From positions 21,794-85,793 of the forward strand of contig CAZGXI010000022.1 in NCBI GenBank assembly GCA_964529715.1: 64,000 nucleotides of DNA, given 5' to 3'. Of the stretch, positions 1 through 9,146 are shown one piece after another (the stretch's first letter is position 1; each line of letters begins with the position of its first letter). Below the pieces are notes generated by a model that was not told the origin of the DNA, searched no databases, and saw nothing but the letters and a program-made list of their open reading frames with translations. The position numbers and the translations under genes were made by a program. The stretch is from an uncultured Anaerolineae bacterium (GTDB lineage Bacteria; Chloroflexota; Anaerolineae; Aggregatilineales; Ch27).

Positions 1-1377
1 TGGATAGATCACATCGCCCGCCTGAAGCTGCCCGATAGTGTCGTAGTTAAGGCCAGGGCCAGTCCGCACGTTGAGGCGAAAAGTGTTCACGATCCCGTAG
101 ACGCCCTCCGGCGTGTTGGTGGGAATCGGCGTGGAGGGAAAGGCAACAGGCAGCGTTGCAGTGGGCAGCGGGAACGGTGAGGCGGTCACGGTAGGCTGAA
201 TGGCAACACCCTGCCCTTCGCCGGCAGAGGTCAACATTTCGCCGCCCACGAAGGCCGCCTGCACCTGTGGCGCGGCGTAGAGGTTCAGTTCCACCACAAC
301 GGCGGCAGTCGTCGTCTCGCCTGTGCCGGTGATTGCAGGCTCCAGCGGCCCCTGTACGCCATTGCGCCCCTCCAGGCGACGCAGCGCCCCCTGCACCGCC
401 TGAGGTGATCCTCCCGCCTGGCCTACCGCGCCAGCGATCAGGTACACAGCGTCGTAGTAGGCCGCGCTCAGGCCATCCGGCACGCTGGCGAAAGTCACAA
501 CGTAAGTGCGTAAAAAGCGGTCGCTCACGGCGCTGCGCACGCCGGGCGTCCAGTTGGTCACACCCAGCACCCCCCCGGCAATAGCAGGTGTGAGCGCAGC
601 ACGGAAGCCCGGATCGGCAGCATTCCGGTAGAAAAACAGGCCAGGCCAGGCGGTATCTCGCAGCGCCTGGAGCAAGCCGGCAGCCATCTCCGGTTCGCCC
701 CACACCGCCACAACAGACGGGTTCAATCGCAACAGCGCATTCAGGCCCACACTCAGGTCAGCATCAATAAGAACGGGAGCAGAGGGTGTGATCCCCCGGC
801 TGGCAAGGGCCGCCGTGAACACCGCCAGTCCTTCTGTAGCCGGGCCGGCAGGTCCGGCCTGGACCGGCACAATCACCGCCTGAGGATGCGCTGTGGCCAG
901 GTATTCAGCAGCCGCCTGAGCATAAGCGCGCTCCGGGGCACGGGCGCGAAAGATGAAATCGGCAGTGTCGGCAATGGTCAGCGCGTCGCCAGTGGCGGCA
1001 GTAAACACCGGCAGACGGGCGGACCGCAGAGCATTGAAGGTCGCCAGAACCACACTATCGTCATCCGGGCCGAGGATCGCCAGCACGTCGCGCTGGCTCA
1101 ACGCATCCAGCCCGGCGCGGACCTCGTCGGCGGTGCGCACCGGCGTAGACAGCAGTTCGATGGCATACACCGTACCATCCGGCCCGGTGATCCCGCCCGC
1201 GCCGTTGATCTCCGCAATGGCAAGCTGCGCGCCACGCCCGGCAGGGCTGTCGGCAGCACCCAACAATCCCAAACGGACCACCGCAGGCTGCACCTGGCGG
1301 GCCAGCACCTCGCCGGAACCCACCACCAGCAGTAGACTCAACAGCCACAAAACGCTACACTGTTTTAACCTGGACAC
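1..1377 (-). CDS. Secreted type-I solute-binding protein (LivK/branched-chain amino-acid binding-like) with a C-terminal PT-linker and SH3b-like domain. The 3' end is cut by the window edge
   Basis: Not in the ORF track because it runs off the left edge. The minus-strand frame from GTG at 1377 (SD GGAGGAG at 1383-1389) is open to position 1. N-terminal signal-like helix VSRLKQCSVLWLLSLLLVVG. The body reads RLGLLGAADSPAGRGAQLAIAEINGAGGITGPDG...ILGPDDD...FRARAP, which is typical of type-I periplasmic binding proteins. It ends with a PT-rich linker and RLNVRTGPGLNYDTIGQLQAGDVIY (SH3b-like). Confidence 0.6.
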   Translation of the reverse strand, partial: MSRLKQCSVLWLLSLLLVVGSGEVLARQVQPAVVRLGLLGAADSPAGRGAQLAIAEINGAGGITGPDGTVYAIELLSTPVRTADEVRAGLDALSQRDVLAILGPDDDSVVLATFNALRSARLPVFTAATGDALTIADTADFIFRARAPERAYAQAAAEYLATAHPQAVIVPVQAGPAGPATEGLAVFTAALASRGITPSAPVLIDADLSVGLNALLRLNPSVVAVWGEPEMAAGLLQALRDTAWPGLFFYRNAADPGFRAALTPAIAGGVLGVTNWTPGVRSAVSDRFLRTYVVTFASVPDGLSAAYYDAVYLIAGAVGQAGGSPQAVQGALRRLEGRNGVQGPLEPAITGTGETTTAAVVVELNLYAAPQVQAAFVGGEMLTSAGEGQGVAIQPTVTASPFPLPTATLPVAFPSTPIPTNTPEGVYGIVNTFRLNVRTGPGLNYDTIGQLQAGDVIYP

Positions 1378-1512
1378 AAAATCTCCTCCCCCAAGATTAT
1401 TGTGCGGCGAGATTGTGCCAACTCTTCAACTCGATTGTAACACGGGCCGCGTCTATGGGTAACGATGCCGGGCGGCCTGTCGGTATACGGTCAGACAACT
1501 ACAAGGTAATCA

Positions 1513-2142
1513 GTGGCTGATACGACATCCTTTTCCCGTTCCCTTTCTCCGCTAGAAACCCGCGTGCGCGCCTGGGCTGAGGCGCGACTGTCACCGGAGC
1601 GGTTGGTACACACCATAGGCGTCGTGGAGATGGCAGCGCGCTTAGCGCAGCAGCACGGCGTCGGGCATGTCGCCTCGCTGCGGCTGGCAGGCTGGATTCA
1701 CGACGCCACCAAGGCGCTGCCACGAGCCGAATTGCTGCGGCTGGCAGAGCAACTGGGCTATCCGATCCGCTCGATTGAACGGCAGGAGCCGCTGCTGCTG
1801 CACGGTCCGGTCGCGGTATATCTGGTCCGTGCAGAACTGGCCCTGGACGACGCGATTATGGCTTCCGCTGTCATGTTGCACACCACCGGCGACTCGTCGA
1901 TGAGCACGACAGACAAGGTGTTTTATCTGGCCGACGGGCTGGAGCCATCGCGGACTTTTCCCTGGGTAGATCAGGGACGCAACCTGGCCGAGGAAGACAT
2001 CGACCGGGCGCTGCTGTTCGTGCTTAGCAACAAGCTGCGCCGCTTGCTGCATAAAGGCGCGATCATCGATCCGCGCGCCGTCGAATTGCGCAATCGGCTG
2101 CTGCTGGACGGTGTAGCATTGGGACCACGCGAGGACGACTAG
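1513..2142 (+). CDS. yqeK: HD-domain phosphohydrolase, YqeK family
   Basis: GTG start. Motifs RLVHTIGVVEMAARLA, AGWIHDATKALP, LLLHGPVAVYL, MLHTTG and FYLADGLEPSRTF match the YqeK HD-domain pattern (H..HD..H..HT..D). Confidence 0.6.
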   Translation: MADTTSFSRSLSPLETRVRAWAEARLSPERLVHTIGVVEMAARLAQQHGVGHVASLRLAGWIHDATKALPRAELLRLAEQLGYPIRSIERQEPLLLHGPVAVYLVRAELALDDAIMASAVMLHTTGDSSMSTTDKVFYLADGLEPSRTFPWVDQGRNLAEEDIDRALLFVLSNKLRRLLHKGAIIDPRAVELRNRLLLDGVALGPREDD

Positions 2143-2151
2143 GCTACACCA

Positions 2152-3024
2152 ATGGATACCAAAACGTGTCTGGTTGCGCTCTGCCTGGTGCCGGGCGTCG
2201 GCGGCGTGACGTTGCGGGCGCTGCTGGACCACTTCAAGAGCGTGGAGGCCGTGCTAGAGGCACCGGAAGACGAACTGCAAAGCGTGCCGGGCGTCGGGCC
2301 GCGCATTGCGGCGGGCATTCGCGCTGTAGATGTGGTACATACCGAGGAGGAGATCGAGACCTGGTGCATGGACCAGATCGGCATTCTGGCGTGGGACGAG
2401 CCGGCCTACCCCGCCCGGCTGCGTGACCTGCACGATGCGCCGCCGATCCTGTTCTGCCAGGGAACGCTGAATGGCAACGATGTGCGAGCCGTGAGCATCG
2501 TCGGCACGCGCAGCCCTTCACCGGCGTCGCGGGCGCTGGCCACGCGGCTGGCCAGCGAACTGGCCCGACGCGGCTGGACCATCGTCAGTGGGCTGGCCTG
2601 GGGCATAGACTTCGCCGCGCACGAAGGCGCACTGCGCTGCGGGCGGACCATCGCCGTACTGGGATCGGGCCTGCGCGCGGCACTGCCAGGTGCACGGCAC
2701 ACACTGGCGGCGCGCATCCTCGATCAGGGCCAAGGTGCGCTGCTGTCGGAAACACACCCGGACGCCGATCCCAGCCCGGCGGCGCTGGTGGCGCGCAACC
2801 GCCTGATCGCCGGCCTGTCCCGCGCCGTGATCGTGGTCGAGGCCGGGATGGAAAGCGGTAGCTTATACGCCGCCAAGCAGGCGCTCAAGCAGGGCCGCGC
2901 GTTGTTCGCCGTCCAAAACGGCAGCGCAGGCAACGCCGCCCTGATCGCCGACAAAAGAGCATGTCCGTTGGAGGCGAACTTCGCCGATTGGGACAGGCTG
3001 GACGATTTACTGACCCGGCTTTAA
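2152..3024 (+). CDS. dprA: DNA processing protein DprA (Smf)
   Basis: N-terminal HhH-like LVPGVGGVTLRALL, then the Rossmann core SIVGTRSPSPASRALATRLASELARRGWTIVSGLAWGIDFAAHEGAL and VVVEAGMESGSLYAAKQALKQGRALFAV. Confidence 0.85.
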   Translation: MDTKTCLVALCLVPGVGGVTLRALLDHFKSVEAVLEAPEDELQSVPGVGPRIAAGIRAVDVVHTEEEIETWCMDQIGILAWDEPAYPARLRDLHDAPPILFCQGTLNGNDVRAVSIVGTRSPSPASRALATRLASELARRGWTIVSGLAWGIDFAAHEGALRCGRTIAVLGSGLRAALPGARHTLAARILDQGQGALLSETHPDADPSPAALVARNRLIAGLSRAVIVVEAGMESGSLYAAKQALKQGRALFAVQNGSAGNAALIADKRACPLEANFADWDRLDDLLTRL

Positions 3025-3037
3025 GCACGCGCGGCTG

Positions 3038-3538
3038 TCAGGGAGCCGTATCGATCTCGTCCCAATACCCCTCGGTGTGAAGCAACAGCTTTCCCTCGTC
3101 GCAGCGTGGACAGTCTACCCAAGCGTCGGCATCGTCGAAACGCTCCCCCTCGTCGCCCCCGACGCTGGGCAGTAGCAACAGGTCCGCGCTGCCACAAAAA
3201 GTGCAACGTTCGACCTCGATTTCCTCGCGTTCGTCATCGTCGGCAGGTTCCAGAGCAGCGTGATGGAGCGGCAGCAGCTTACGCGCGTCCACGTCGCCCT
3301 CGGCGGCGCGAGCTTCCAGGGTCGCCAGATCGTCGGCAGCGGACTGTAAGACGGTCGGCAGATCGTAATCGGGCGTCGCTACCAGCACCGATACCAGATG
3401 GCGGCAGGTCTGGCAGATTGCCAGCAGGTAACGGTAATGAATAAACAGGCGGCTGCGCGTGCTGCCGCCGAAGTGGAGCGGACCTTCCACATGGTAGTTA
3501 CAGACAGGACAGGGGTCAACAGCCAGCAAGCGGCCCAC
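3038..3538 (-). CDS. Hypothetical protein with four CxxC pairs (two zinc-ribbon-like halves) and an acidic central region
   Basis: Start taken at GTG 3538 (SD AGGAG 7 nt upstream). The track ORF extends to 3595. CPVC...CQTC and CTFC...CPRC pairs flank an Asp/Glu-rich stretch. I recognise no family. Confidence 0.45.
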   Translation of the reverse strand: MGRLLAVDPCPVCNYHVEGPLHFGGSTRSRLFIHYRYLLAICQTCRHLVSVLVATPDYDLPTVLQSAADDLATLEARAAEGDVDARKLLPLHHAALEPADDDEREEIEVERCTFCGSADLLLLPSVGGDEGERFDDADAWVDCPRCDEGKLLLHTEGYWDEIDTAP

Positions 3539-3597
3539 CGACGCGCTCCTTTCCGGATCAACGCCCGGTGAAGCGGCGCGCCACTCGCCGGGCAAAA

Positions 3598-3912
3598 TCA
3601 GGGATTAGACACAGACGGCAACGTGACGCCGGACAGCGGCACTGATGGAGCGCCAAGCAGACCAGTATCCAGGCGGATACCGTACAGGCTGGCAACCTGA
3701 GCGCGCGTTGGACCGACCAGGATGATCCCGTTGGACAGGCGAACAACCGGCAGCGCCGGAACCCGCCCTCCTTGCGCCTGTACCCAGGCATTAGCTTCAG
3801 CGTCGGCATCCAGATCGACAAAGACATGAGGGATGCCAATGCGCTCCAGCAGACGGCGAATATCCCATGATGCAACGCTCCAAAGCGTCCCATAGACCGT
3901 CACTTCAGGCAT
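3598..3912 (-). CDS. Thioredoxin/glutaredoxin-fold protein whose active-site CxxC is replaced by SxxS (WSVAS)
   Basis: VTVYGTLWSVASWDIRRLLERIGIPHVFVDLD...VPALPVVRL...ILVGPT follows the NrdH/glutaredoxin topology, including the cis-Pro position (ALPVV). The codons at the CxxC positions are AGC and TCA. SD GAGGAG lies upstream of ATG 3912. Confidence 0.5.
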   Translation of the reverse strand: MPEVTVYGTLWSVASWDIRRLLERIGIPHVFVDLDADAEANAWVQAQGGRVPALPVVRLSNGIILVGPTRAQVASLYGIRLDTGLLGAPSVPLSGVTLPSVSNP

Positions 3913-4045
3913 GGTCGCTCCTCAAATCTCCGATGCTTTTGCAGGTCTTCGTCAATTCTTTGTCAATTTTATACCCTTTTTTGACAATTGTCACTACATT
4001 CACGTAAAATTCACAAAACAGGCTGCGCCCCTACGGGTGAAAACT

Positions 4046-4228
4046 TCAGGCGCGGCGCAACTCCCGGATCAGCTTAAAAAATTCCTCCCACTCCTCCTGG
4101 AAAAAGTGAACCGTTACCGGCCCCAGGTCAATGTGATAAATGATCTCGCCGTCCGGCTCTTCCGACACCCAAATCATGTAATGCTCGGACTCGGCCAGCG
4201 TTTCGGTGGGAATTTCTTCAGGTTCCAT
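4046..4228 (-). CDS. Small acidic hypothetical protein (60 aa)
   Basis: Strong SD AAGGAGGAGG directly upstream of ATG 4228. The composition is unlike the Arg/Gly/Pro-rich shadow ORFs. No family recognised. Confidence 0.45.
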   Translation of the reverse strand: MEPEEIPTETLAESEHYMIWVSEEPDGEIIYHIDLGPVTVHFFQEEWEEFFKLIRELRRA

Positions 4229-4267
4229 GTGGTCCTCCTCCTTAACTATTCCCCTCCGGGCATGATC

Positions 4268-5227
4268 TCACTGCTCGCCCACAACCTCAGCATAAGCCGT
4301 CAGGGACAGGTCGCGGGCATAAAGGTAAATTTCGTTGTCCCAGCGGCGCTCGTACCCGGCAGCTTCCAGGTCGCGCAGCAGGTCCGGGTGCTTCAGCGGC
4401 TTAAGCGACACCCGATGCCGTCCCAGTGCCGCTGCCAGACCTCGCAACGCCAGCGCCAGCGGCGTGAGGTCACCGGGCACAGCATCGAGATAGCCGATGC
4501 GGACGTAGAGCTGATCCGGCGCATCGTCCTCATCGAATGCATTCAGCACCGCCAGACCACGCAGGTCCACCCCGGCAGCATTCCCGGTCCAGCCATAGAC
4601 CAGACCAGCAGTGGCCCGTTCGCCTAACACCGCCGGTGTAAGCGGGAGAAAGCGCCAGTACTCCTCCAGCGTGCGCTGCGCCGCATCGAAGTACGGCGCC
4701 GTTTGCAGAAAAGCCCAGGCGCGCCCGGCGTCGGCGGCGCGCAGCGCGATCAGGCCATCGGTTGGACTTGCCTGGGCAGCCGCGCCATAGGGGATAAACG
4801 TAGCGACATGCCGGAAACCGGTCTCGTGGGCCAGTTTGTGAATGGCCACGTTATCGGCAGCCGTGCTGTAGCGCAGCACACCCGGCGCGTGCTGTCGGAC
4901 GCGGTTCACCAGATAGTGATGCAAAATGCGCGCGATGCCCTGCCCACGATAGGCCGGGTCCACGCGCAGCCCTTCCAGCCACCACTGATCCGGCGGAAAG
5001 AAGGTCAGTTTGCCCAGCCCTACCACCTGTTCACGGACCGTGACAACACTAAACAGGCCGGTGGGGTCTTTCACCCATGCCTCGAACACGTCGGGCAGAT
5101 AATCGTTGCCTTCCCAGACCTGCGCAGCAATGGCTTCGACCGCCGCACGGTCTTCCAGGCGCGCCGGACGGACGACCACGTCATCTCGGTTGAACTTGAC
5201 CCGGCCTGGCGGCGAAAATGCGGTCAT
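4268..5227 (-). CDS. GNAT-family N-acetyltransferase (two-domain, 319 aa)
   Basis: Start moved to ATG 5227 (SD GGAGG upstream, ATGA overlap with the stop of the upstream permease). The track N-terminal extension is Gly/Arg-rich junk overlapping that gene. Acetyl-CoA motif LRVDPAYRGQGIARILHHYL. Confidence 0.7.
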   Translation of the reverse strand: MTAFSPPGRVKFNRDDVVVRPARLEDRAAVEAIAAQVWEGNDYLPDVFEAWVKDPTGLFSVVTVREQVVGLGKLTFFPPDQWWLEGLRVDPAYRGQGIARILHHYLVNRVRQHAPGVLRYSTAADNVAIHKLAHETGFRHVATFIPYGAAAQASPTDGLIALRAADAGRAWAFLQTAPYFDAAQRTLEEYWRFLPLTPAVLGERATAGLVYGWTGNAAGVDLRGLAVLNAFDEDDAPDQLYVRIGYLDAVPGDLTPLALALRGLAAALGRHRVSLKPLKHPDLLRDLEAAGYERRWDNEIYLYARDLSLTAYAEVVGEQ

Positions 5228-6501
5228 GGCGCCTCCTTTCGCGGCCCGGTAGAACTCCGGCGGCCTGTAACCTGCAATACCCATTCCAGCAGGCGCTGGG
5301 GCAGCCCCGGCCCAGCGAGAACGGCCTCCTGGCCCAGACGCGGCGGCGGCTGGTCGAGCAGCTTGGTATAAATATACTCGCCAAAAACGCGCAGCGTTGC
5401 GACCGTCGGCGCCGCCAGGATAACCCCCAGCGCCCCGGCCAGGCTGGCCCCGCCGATGACCGCGACGATCACCACCACCGGATGCAAATCCAGATGATCG
5501 CCCATCACATGTGGCACCACGAACAGCGCCTCCAGGTTTTGCAATCCGGTCCACGTCAGAATGACGACAAGGCCAAAGACCACGCCGTGCAGGCCAGGGA
5601 TGGTGGTGCTGGGAAAAACCAGCGCAAACGCCGTCGCCGGAACCAGTGCCAGAAATGGCCCCAGATTCGGGATGAACTCCAGAATGCCGTTGAGTAACCC
5701 CAGCACCAGCGGGCTAGGCAAGCCGAGCGCCGTCGCCGCGAGAAAACCTGCCACGCCCATAATCAGGCACAGCAACAACTGCCCACGCAGGTAGGCATCC
5801 CACACCACACCTAACTGTTTCAGCAGGTAGCGCACATCGCCACGATACTCCGATGGTGTGAGAGTCTCAATGGCGCTGGCAAAACGCGGCCCGTCGCGCA
5901 TCAGGTAAAACACCATCACCAGCACAAACAGCGCGTTTAAGAAACTGCTCACCGCCCCGCCCAGCGCCCCCAACACCGGCGAAACCAGCGGCGCCAAAAA
6001 GGTCTGCACCGCCCCGATAATGTCTACCTCGGCAGGACTGGTCGGTGAACTGGCGGCGTTGCCGTTGGCACCCTGGATTAAGTCTAGCAAGCTAATACTC
6101 TGCCCGCCGACAGAGATCGGCGTATCGAGCACACGCATCACTTCTTCTCGGATTTCATCCACTAACGCCGGGATACCTTCGCCAAACTGCTGCAACTGAT
6201 CGACAATCGGTGGAACCAGCAGAGAGATGGCCGTTACGACCACGATAATCGCCAGCACAAATGCCAACACCGTCGCCAGCGAGCGCCGGAAACTGCGGTT
6301 GCCGATGGGGATCACACGCTGAAAGGCATTCACCCAAGGGTTAAGCAGGAAGGCCAATACCAACGAGATGATCAGCGGCGACCAGATGGCACTCAGCCGC
6401 CAGGCGAACACACCCACCAGCAGCAACACAATCAGCGCGACCGTGCGCTTGGTACGGAGCGACCAGGGCGGAGAGACGATGCCGGGAGGGAGACTTTCCA
6501 T
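5224..6501 (-). CDS. AI-2E family transporter (PerM/UPF0118 permease)
   Basis: Multi-pass membrane protein with an extracytoplasmic insert. Its C-terminal half reads LNGILEFIPNLGPFLALVPA...VVPHVMGDHLDLHPVVVIVAVIGGASLAGALGVILAAP, typical of the family. Confidence 0.75.
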   Translation of the reverse strand: MESLPPGIVSPPWSLRTKRTVALIVLLLVGVFAWRLSAIWSPLIISLVLAFLLNPWVNAFQRVIPIGNRSFRRSLATVLAFVLAIIVVVTAISLLVPPIVDQLQQFGEGIPALVDEIREEVMRVLDTPISVGGQSISLLDLIQGANGNAASSPTSPAEVDIIGAVQTFLAPLVSPVLGALGGAVSSFLNALFVLVMVFYLMRDGPRFASAIETLTPSEYRGDVRYLLKQLGVVWDAYLRGQLLLCLIMGVAGFLAATALGLPSPLVLGLLNGILEFIPNLGPFLALVPATAFALVFPSTTIPGLHGVVFGLVVILTWTGLQNLEALFVVPHVMGDHLDLHPVVVIVAVIGGASLAGALGVILAAPTVATLRVFGEYIYTKLLDQPPPRLGQEAVLAGPGLPQRLLEWVLQVTGRRSSTGPRKEAP

Positions 6502-6593
6502 CTGATGAAACTTTCTACCTGGACGAAGAACGGCTATACCCTTGTGCGCAGGCTATTTTACCCGCTCCCCATTGCGCCGCAACGCACGGGCGC

Positions 6594-6632
6594 ACAAAAA
6601 AATCCCCCTGCCCGCAGCGCAGACAGGGGGAT
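6594..6632 (-). terminator. Rho-independent terminator downstream of pnp
   Basis: Minus strand reads ATCCCCCTG-tctgcgctgcggg-CAGGGGGAT followed by TTTTTTTGTG. This is a 9-bp GC-rich stem plus a T-tract, starting 7 nt after the pnp stop. Confidence 0.8.
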
Positions 6633-6638
6633 TTTATT

Positions 6639-8921
6639 CTAACGGCGGTTGCGGGTGCCGCTGCTCGATCTACCGCCATCGCGGCGTCCACCACCGCCAG
6701 ACTTGCTACCACTATCACGACGACCACCGCCGCCGCCTGATTTGCCGCCGCTATCCCGGCGCCCCCCGCGATCCCGCTCGCGCGCCTCTTCGGCAGTCCA
6801 GCCTTCCAACACGGCCTGTCGGCTGAGCCGCACCTTGCCCGACGAGTCGATGTCTGTCACCATGACCATGATCTCGTCACCCACACGGACTTCATCTTCG
6901 ATGCGCTCCACGCGGTAATCGGCGATCTGGCTGATATGGACCATGCCTTCTTTGCCGGGCATAAACTCCACGAACGCGCCGTAAGGCTCCACGCGCGTGA
7001 CCGTGCCAGTGTAGACGCGCCCGATCTGCGCCTCTTCCACCAGACCCAGCACCATCTCGGCAGCAATGTCTGAGGAGGGGCCGTCCAGCGTGGCGATGAA
7101 GACCGTGCCATCATCCTCGATGTCAATCTTCGCGCCGGTCTTATCCTGGATACCCCGGATGATCTTGCCACCGGGGCCGATCACTGCGCCGATCTTCTCC
7201 GGGTCGATATGGATGACGGTCATACGCGGCGCATAGGGACTGAGCTGTTTGCGCGGCTCCGGGATAGCACGGCGCATCACCTCCAGGATTTGCAACCGGG
7301 CCTGGCGCGCCTGTTCCAATGCCTGGCGCATCAGGTCGGCGCTGATGCCCTTGATCTTGATGTCCATCTGCAAAGCCGTGATCCCCTTCTCGGTCCCGGC
7401 GACCTTGAAGTCCATATCGCCCAGGTGATCTTCGATGCCCTGGATGTCGGTCAGGATGGCATAACGATCATCCTGCTTGATCAGACCCATTGCAATCCCG
7501 GCCACCGGGCGGATGATCGGCACGCCGGCGTCCATCAGGGCCAGAGTGCTGCCGCACACACTCGCCATACTGGTGCTACCGTTGGAACTGAGCACCTCGC
7601 TCACCACGCGGATGGTATAGGGGAACTCATCTTCCGGTGGGATCATGGGCCGCAGAGCGGTTTCTGCCAGCGCGCCATGACCGATCTCGCGGCGCTTGGG
7701 ACCACGCAACATCCAGGTCTCGCCGGTGGAAAACGGCGGGAAGTTATAGTGATGCATGTAGCGTTTGGAATCTTCCGGCATCAGGCCATCAAGCATCTGC
7801 TCATCGCGGGGGGTGCCCAGCGTGGCGATGCTCATCACCTGCGTCTGCCCGCGCTTAAACAGCCCCGACCCATGCACGCGCGGGATCAGCCCAACTTCAG
7901 CCGCCAGCGGACGGATGTCGGTATAACCGCGCCCATCTGGACGGATGCCGTCTTCCAGGATGCGACGGCGCACTTCCTGCTTATGCGCCTCATTGACAAA
8001 CTCACCGATTGCGCCGTAGTCGAAGGTAGGCGTGCCGACATCGCCCGGCGCAACTTCTTCGTATTCGGCCAAGACGTTCTCACGCAGGTCGTCGATGGCC
8101 TGGCTGCGCTCGGCCTTGCCGGTGATCTCGGCGGCAATGCGGCGGATGTCGTCCTGCACCTTACCGAACACTTCGGCGCGCAGCGACTCGTCCACCGCCT
8201 TGACCTCGTATTCCGCTTTGGGCTTGCCGATCTGGCGGCGCATCTCGTTTTGCACGGCGATGATGTCTTGCATGGCTGCGTGCCCGGCCTGCAGGGCGCG
8301 GACCATCGTCGCTTCGTCCACCTCGTGCGCCCCACACTCGACCATGATGATCGCGTCGGCGGTCCCGGCCATGCGCAAATCCAGCAGGCTGTTCTCCATT
8401 TCAGGAATAGTTGGGTTGATGACCAGTTCGCCGTCGATCAGCCCAACGCGGCACGCGCCGACCGGCCCTTCAAAGGGCACGTCGGAGATCATCAGGGCGG
8501 CGCTCGCACCGATAATGCACAGCATGTCGATGTGGTTTTCCTGGTCGTGACTCAGCGCCGTCAGGATCACCTGCACCTCGTTGCGCAGGTCTTTGGGAAA
8601 GAGCGGGCGCAACGGGCGGTCGGTGACGCGTGCGATCAGGATGGCGCTCTCGCTGGGCCGCCCCTCGCGGCGGAAAAAACTGCCGGGAATGCGCCCGGCG
8701 GCATACAGACGCTCCTCGTAATCCACGCTTAAGGGAAAGAAATCGACTCCCTCGCGTGGGTGGGCGCTCATCGTGGCCGTCGCCAGCAACATGGTGTCAC
8801 CCATGCGCACCGTCACGGCCCCGCCCGCCTGCTCTGCCAACCGCCCGGTCTCGATAATTACTTCCTTCGGACCGACGTTGGCAGAGAAACGGTAATTTGT
8901 TCCCATTGGACTGTCAGACAT
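6639..8921 (-). CDS. pnp: Polyribonucleotide nucleotidyltransferase (PNPase) with an Arg/Gly-rich C-terminal tail
   Basis: Full-length match to the PNPase architecture: two RNase PH domains, a KH domain ([24 protein letters not shown]) and an S1 domain ([32 protein letters not shown]). Start moved to ATG 8921 (SD GGAGG). The track ORF extension to 9098 is non-conserved. Confidence 0.95.
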   Translation of the reverse strand: MSDSPMGTNYRFSANVGPKEVIIETGRLAEQAGGAVTVRMGDTMLLATATMSAHPREGVDFFPLSVDYEERLYAAGRIPGSFFRREGRPSESAILIARVTDRPLRPLFPKDLRNEVQVILTALSHDQENHIDMLCIIGASAALMISDVPFEGPVGACRVGLIDGELVINPTIPEMENSLLDLRMAGTADAIIMVECGAHEVDEATMVRALQAGHAAMQDIIAVQNEMRRQIGKPKAEYEVKAVDESLRAEVFGKVQDDIRRIAAEITGKAERSQAIDDLRENVLAEYEEVAPGDVGTPTFDYGAIGEFVNEAHKQEVRRRILEDGIRPDGRGYTDIRPLAAEVGLIPRVHGSGLFKRGQTQVMSIATLGTPRDEQMLDGLMPEDSKRYMHHYNFPPFSTGETWMLRGPKRREIGHGALAETALRPMIPPEDEFPYTIRVVSEVLSSNGSTSMASVCGSTLALMDAGVPIIRPVAGIAMGLIKQDDRYAILTDIQGIEDHLGDMDFKVAGTEKGITALQMDIKIKGISADLMRQALEQARQARLQILEVMRRAIPEPRKQLSPYAPRMTVIHIDPEKIGAVIGPGGKIIRGIQDKTGAKIDIEDDGTVFIATLDGPSSDIAAEMVLGLVEEAQIGRVYTGTVTRVEPYGAFVEFMPGKEGMVHISQIADYRVERIEDEVRVGDEIMVMVTDIDSSGKVRLSRQAVLEGWTAEEARERDRGGRRDSGGKSGGGGGRRDSGSKSGGGGRRDGGRSSSGTRNRR

Positions 8922-9100
8922 GTAAACCTCCAGATAGACAACGCCCGGAGGCCAGGAACTGGGGTGTGCGATCAAACGCCGCCGGCTTGGCCGCACAGCC
9001 CAATGCCTGTCACTCCGGGCAGAAACAAGTAACTTGGGTGGCTCCAACAAACATTCCACCCAGGGCAACACAACGGATGTGTCACAACCTTTGAACACTC

Positions 9101-9131
9101 AAACGGGCGCGGCAGATAGCCCACGCCCGTT
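9101..9131 (-). terminator. Hairpin (attenuator or terminator) between rpsO and pnp
   Basis: Minus strand AACGGGCG-tgggctatctgcc-gCGCCCGTT followed by TGAGTGTT. The 8-bp stem starts 15 nt after the rpsO stop. The U-tract is weak, so this may be a partial terminator or a processing site. Confidence 0.4.
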
Positions 9132-9146
9132 GCTTGCACGCGACTG

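Noticed and set aside
3868-3885. Recoding (selenocysteine or stop read-through) at the missing CxxC of the Trx-like protein
   Set aside because: The codons are plain AGC (Ser) and TCA (Ser). There is no in-frame TGA, and I see no SECIS-like hairpin.
5228-5554. 109-codon N-terminal extension of the GNAT ORF
   Set aside because: It overlaps the 3' end of the permease gene in another frame and is Gly/Arg/Ala junk. ATG 5227 has a GGAGG SD and an ATGA stop/start overlap.
7209-8732. 507-aa plus-strand ORF antisense to pnp
   Set aside because: It lies entirely inside the well-supported pnp gene on the opposite strand. Its translation is Arg/His/Gly/Ala/Asp-rich with no recognisable motifs, which is typical of shadow ORFs in high-GC DNA. 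The same reasoning applies to 8032..8550 and 7886..8335.
8922-9098. 59-codon N-terminal extension of the pnp ORF in the track
   Set aside because: The conserved PNPase N-terminus begins at [12 protein letters not shown] (ATG 8921) with a GGAGG SD. The extension has no similarity and would run through the structured leader.
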